This document shows, piece after piece, positions 61,720 through 64,000 of a stretch of DNA of 64,000 bases. Every line of letters starts with the position of its first letter. The first letter of the stretch is position 1. The position numbers and the translations under genes are program-made. The notes under the pieces are model-generated. The model was not told the origin of the DNA and did not search any database. It saw only the letters and a program-made list of their open reading frames with translations. The stretch spans positions 682,001 through 746,000 of the forward strand of contig NW_027271380.1 of the NCBI RefSeq assembly GCF_040938485.1, in the 5' to 3' direction. The stretch comes from Diadema antillarum. Taxonomy: Eukaryota.

Positions 61720-62057
61720 AAATTGAACGAAAATCAATGTGAATCTTGGATAAGATCAGATGGAAATAAACTTCACTTATAATTTCTATACATCGCCGGT
61801 AGGGATTACTACCGGGTGACGACGTTGTATAATATACAAACATAGGTAATCTAAGCAAACCATATCTTCTGAAAACAACAAAATTTTAAACAGGTGTATT
61901 CTTTGAAGCAGTTCAAGATCAGACAGTGGAAACTAACAAAATGACCTTTTCTTCAATATGCACATGATTTTGATATGGAATAGGTCCCTCTAAATTACTC
62001 TGACAACTATCATTTGATCTACTTCCTGACGATCTTTGTTATCACTAAAGCATATTT

Positions 62058-62734
62058 GTGACCCTGCACCACAAAACCAACAAAAAGTCGCCAGATATGG
62101 ATTTTCAGTTAAGGGCAGATTCTGAAAGAGCAGACTCTGAGCTTTAAACTGATGTGTAACTCAATTCAAATGGCCTCCCCTAATCTACCTAAATACCGGA
62201 AAGAATGCACACACTCTGGAAAAGTGCGAACTGAGAAAAGAGGCTCTGAAGTAAACTGTGTATTCAAGCGCTTAAGTGCTAGCTGTGACATGAAAGGGAC
62301 AAAAGACAGGATGTAAACCACCGGAGCAACAACAATGAAGGGATTATCAGATTAAGCTAAACTTGAGCATATTCTATCAACACATTCTGTCCATGATTAA
62401 TGCCAACTTTCAAAGCAGTAGCATCATTCTTTCAAAAGTTATTAGACTTGAAAGTGAAGGGTGTACAAAGGATTTCAAGACATGAAAAGTGGCCTCGAAG
62501 ACATACCTGATCGTTCTACTCTTCCCTTAAAAAGGGGTTGTAGAAAAAAAAAAACTGCTAAAAACACACTTTTCCATGCATGTTAAGATCCCAAACTGAA
62601 AAATAATGTAAAAGGATAGCTCTTTCAGAAAGAAAAACTCGAGATTGACTTGGTTGAACCATTTTCACTTTTTTTAGGTCTTCACGTAAAATCAAGGGGT
62701 GCGACTTTTTGTTTGTTTTGCGATGCACAGTCAC
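62058..62734 (-). mobile_element. MITE-A copy downstream of gene B
   Basis: Both TIRs present; ATTT on both sides. Confidence 0.88.
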
Positions 62735-64000
62735 ATTTTATACATGTATGGAAATAACACATTTGAACGCGATCGATCTGTCATATCAAACTATAAAGTT
62801 GGGTTACCTATAGACAAGTCACGTGGGGAGATACTAGTTTGAAAAGGAAACAATCCGTATAAAAAAAAAGGAAACGTAATATTCGATCTTTGATCTGAAT
62901 GCTCACACATATATTACGAACATTCACCACACGTTTTGATGTTTTATACTAAAGTTGAATTTGATATGATCAGTCGGAAATTGTCTTAAAATGCTCAGTT
63001 TATTGAGCTGAAAAAAAAAGAACTGAGATGTGGCACTGGAGAGGTGTCCTGCACTAGTGTTCGTTTAAAAATTCAACATTATCTTCGTAGGGGATGTTTG
63101 AAATATTTGGAATCGCTCTCTATAATTTCCTCAAAATTATTAGCATTCCTTATGTTCAAAACAGTACGCCTACAGGCATACAATCTTGTTTTTGTTGTTT
63201 TTTGTGTACTCTAAAAGTATAAGGTTTGGGCTGAGTGGGATGGTTTTGATGGTACAAGCAAGTTAAAATCACAGAGGAATTTTGAATATTTGATTTCATT
63301 CTGCAGTCATAACAGTTGCAGTTCTTTTTTAAGGATTATTATTCCAAAGGATCGTTAATACGAATATTAAAAAAAAAAATCATTCAGAATCCCCAAACAC
63401 GGTGGCAAACGAAATAATGTGCGTATTTCCGTCGGTACGCTATTACTCACGCTCTTTTCATTTTCAAAACTACGAATTTTATATCACTTCTGAAGTAACA
63501 AATATTCGGAATAACGAACGGCACGAATGATCATTGTTCGGATTACCGAACATCTACGTACTGTATGAGGCACTGCTTGAGATACTAGATGACGTTGAAA
63601 TAGACATTAGCAACTATCAATTAACATAGATTTTAATAAGATTGTTCGGATTATCTTTCTTGTAAATGCACTTGAGCAAAGCACTAAATCCAATGATTAA
63701 ATTCATGAGAACCTAGATGCCACTTCCATAGGGGTACTTCTCGTTCCTATATTTCTGGTGTCAGCCGGTCCTGTTAGGCTCTAATTCTATATTCTGTATA
63801 CGCTCCTTACAACAACAACCACAAATAGAGTAAATTTTACATCAGATGACAGGCTTTTCATGTTGTGGTAACACAGAACTACACATGCTATCAATTGCGC
63901 GTGAAAAAGATAGCACGTCTTAGATGTCAGGGCCCCTGTTGATTCTGGAAGTCACCAACGTTAAAACCAAAATCTAATTGCAAATTTTCAAGCAACACGC

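Overview
This is AT-rich, microsatellite-rich eukaryotic (animal) DNA. The GPCR family suggests an echinoderm or related invertebrate deuterostome, which is inference only. The window is dominated by a head-to-tail tandem array of class A (rhodopsin-like) GPCR genes with single-exon coding regions, all on the + strand. Six close paralogs of type A start at 4982, 17903, 27840, 34537, 43817 and 54431; three of them carry frameshifts. One intact, divergent type B gene starts at 60628. The ORF track misses a second series: decayed type-B-like pseudogenes sit downstream of five of the six A genes, so the duplicated unit is a two-gene A + psiB cassette of roughly 7-10 kb. Each A gene has a paralogous TATA-like site, a short putative non-coding first exon and a 5'UTR intron. 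The spacers hold a near full-length CR1/L2-group LINE (11617-17077; ORF1, plus ORF2 with PHD-endonuclease-RT) inside the putative intron of copy 2, and a 5'-truncated LINE on the minus strand. They also hold about 13 copies or fragments of a ~690-bp TIR element whose 4-bp ATTT target duplication is confirmed by paralogous empty sites, several other small TIR elements, many microsatellites and one 136-N assembly gap. I found no rRNA, tRNA or CRISPR features. All alignments were done by eye.
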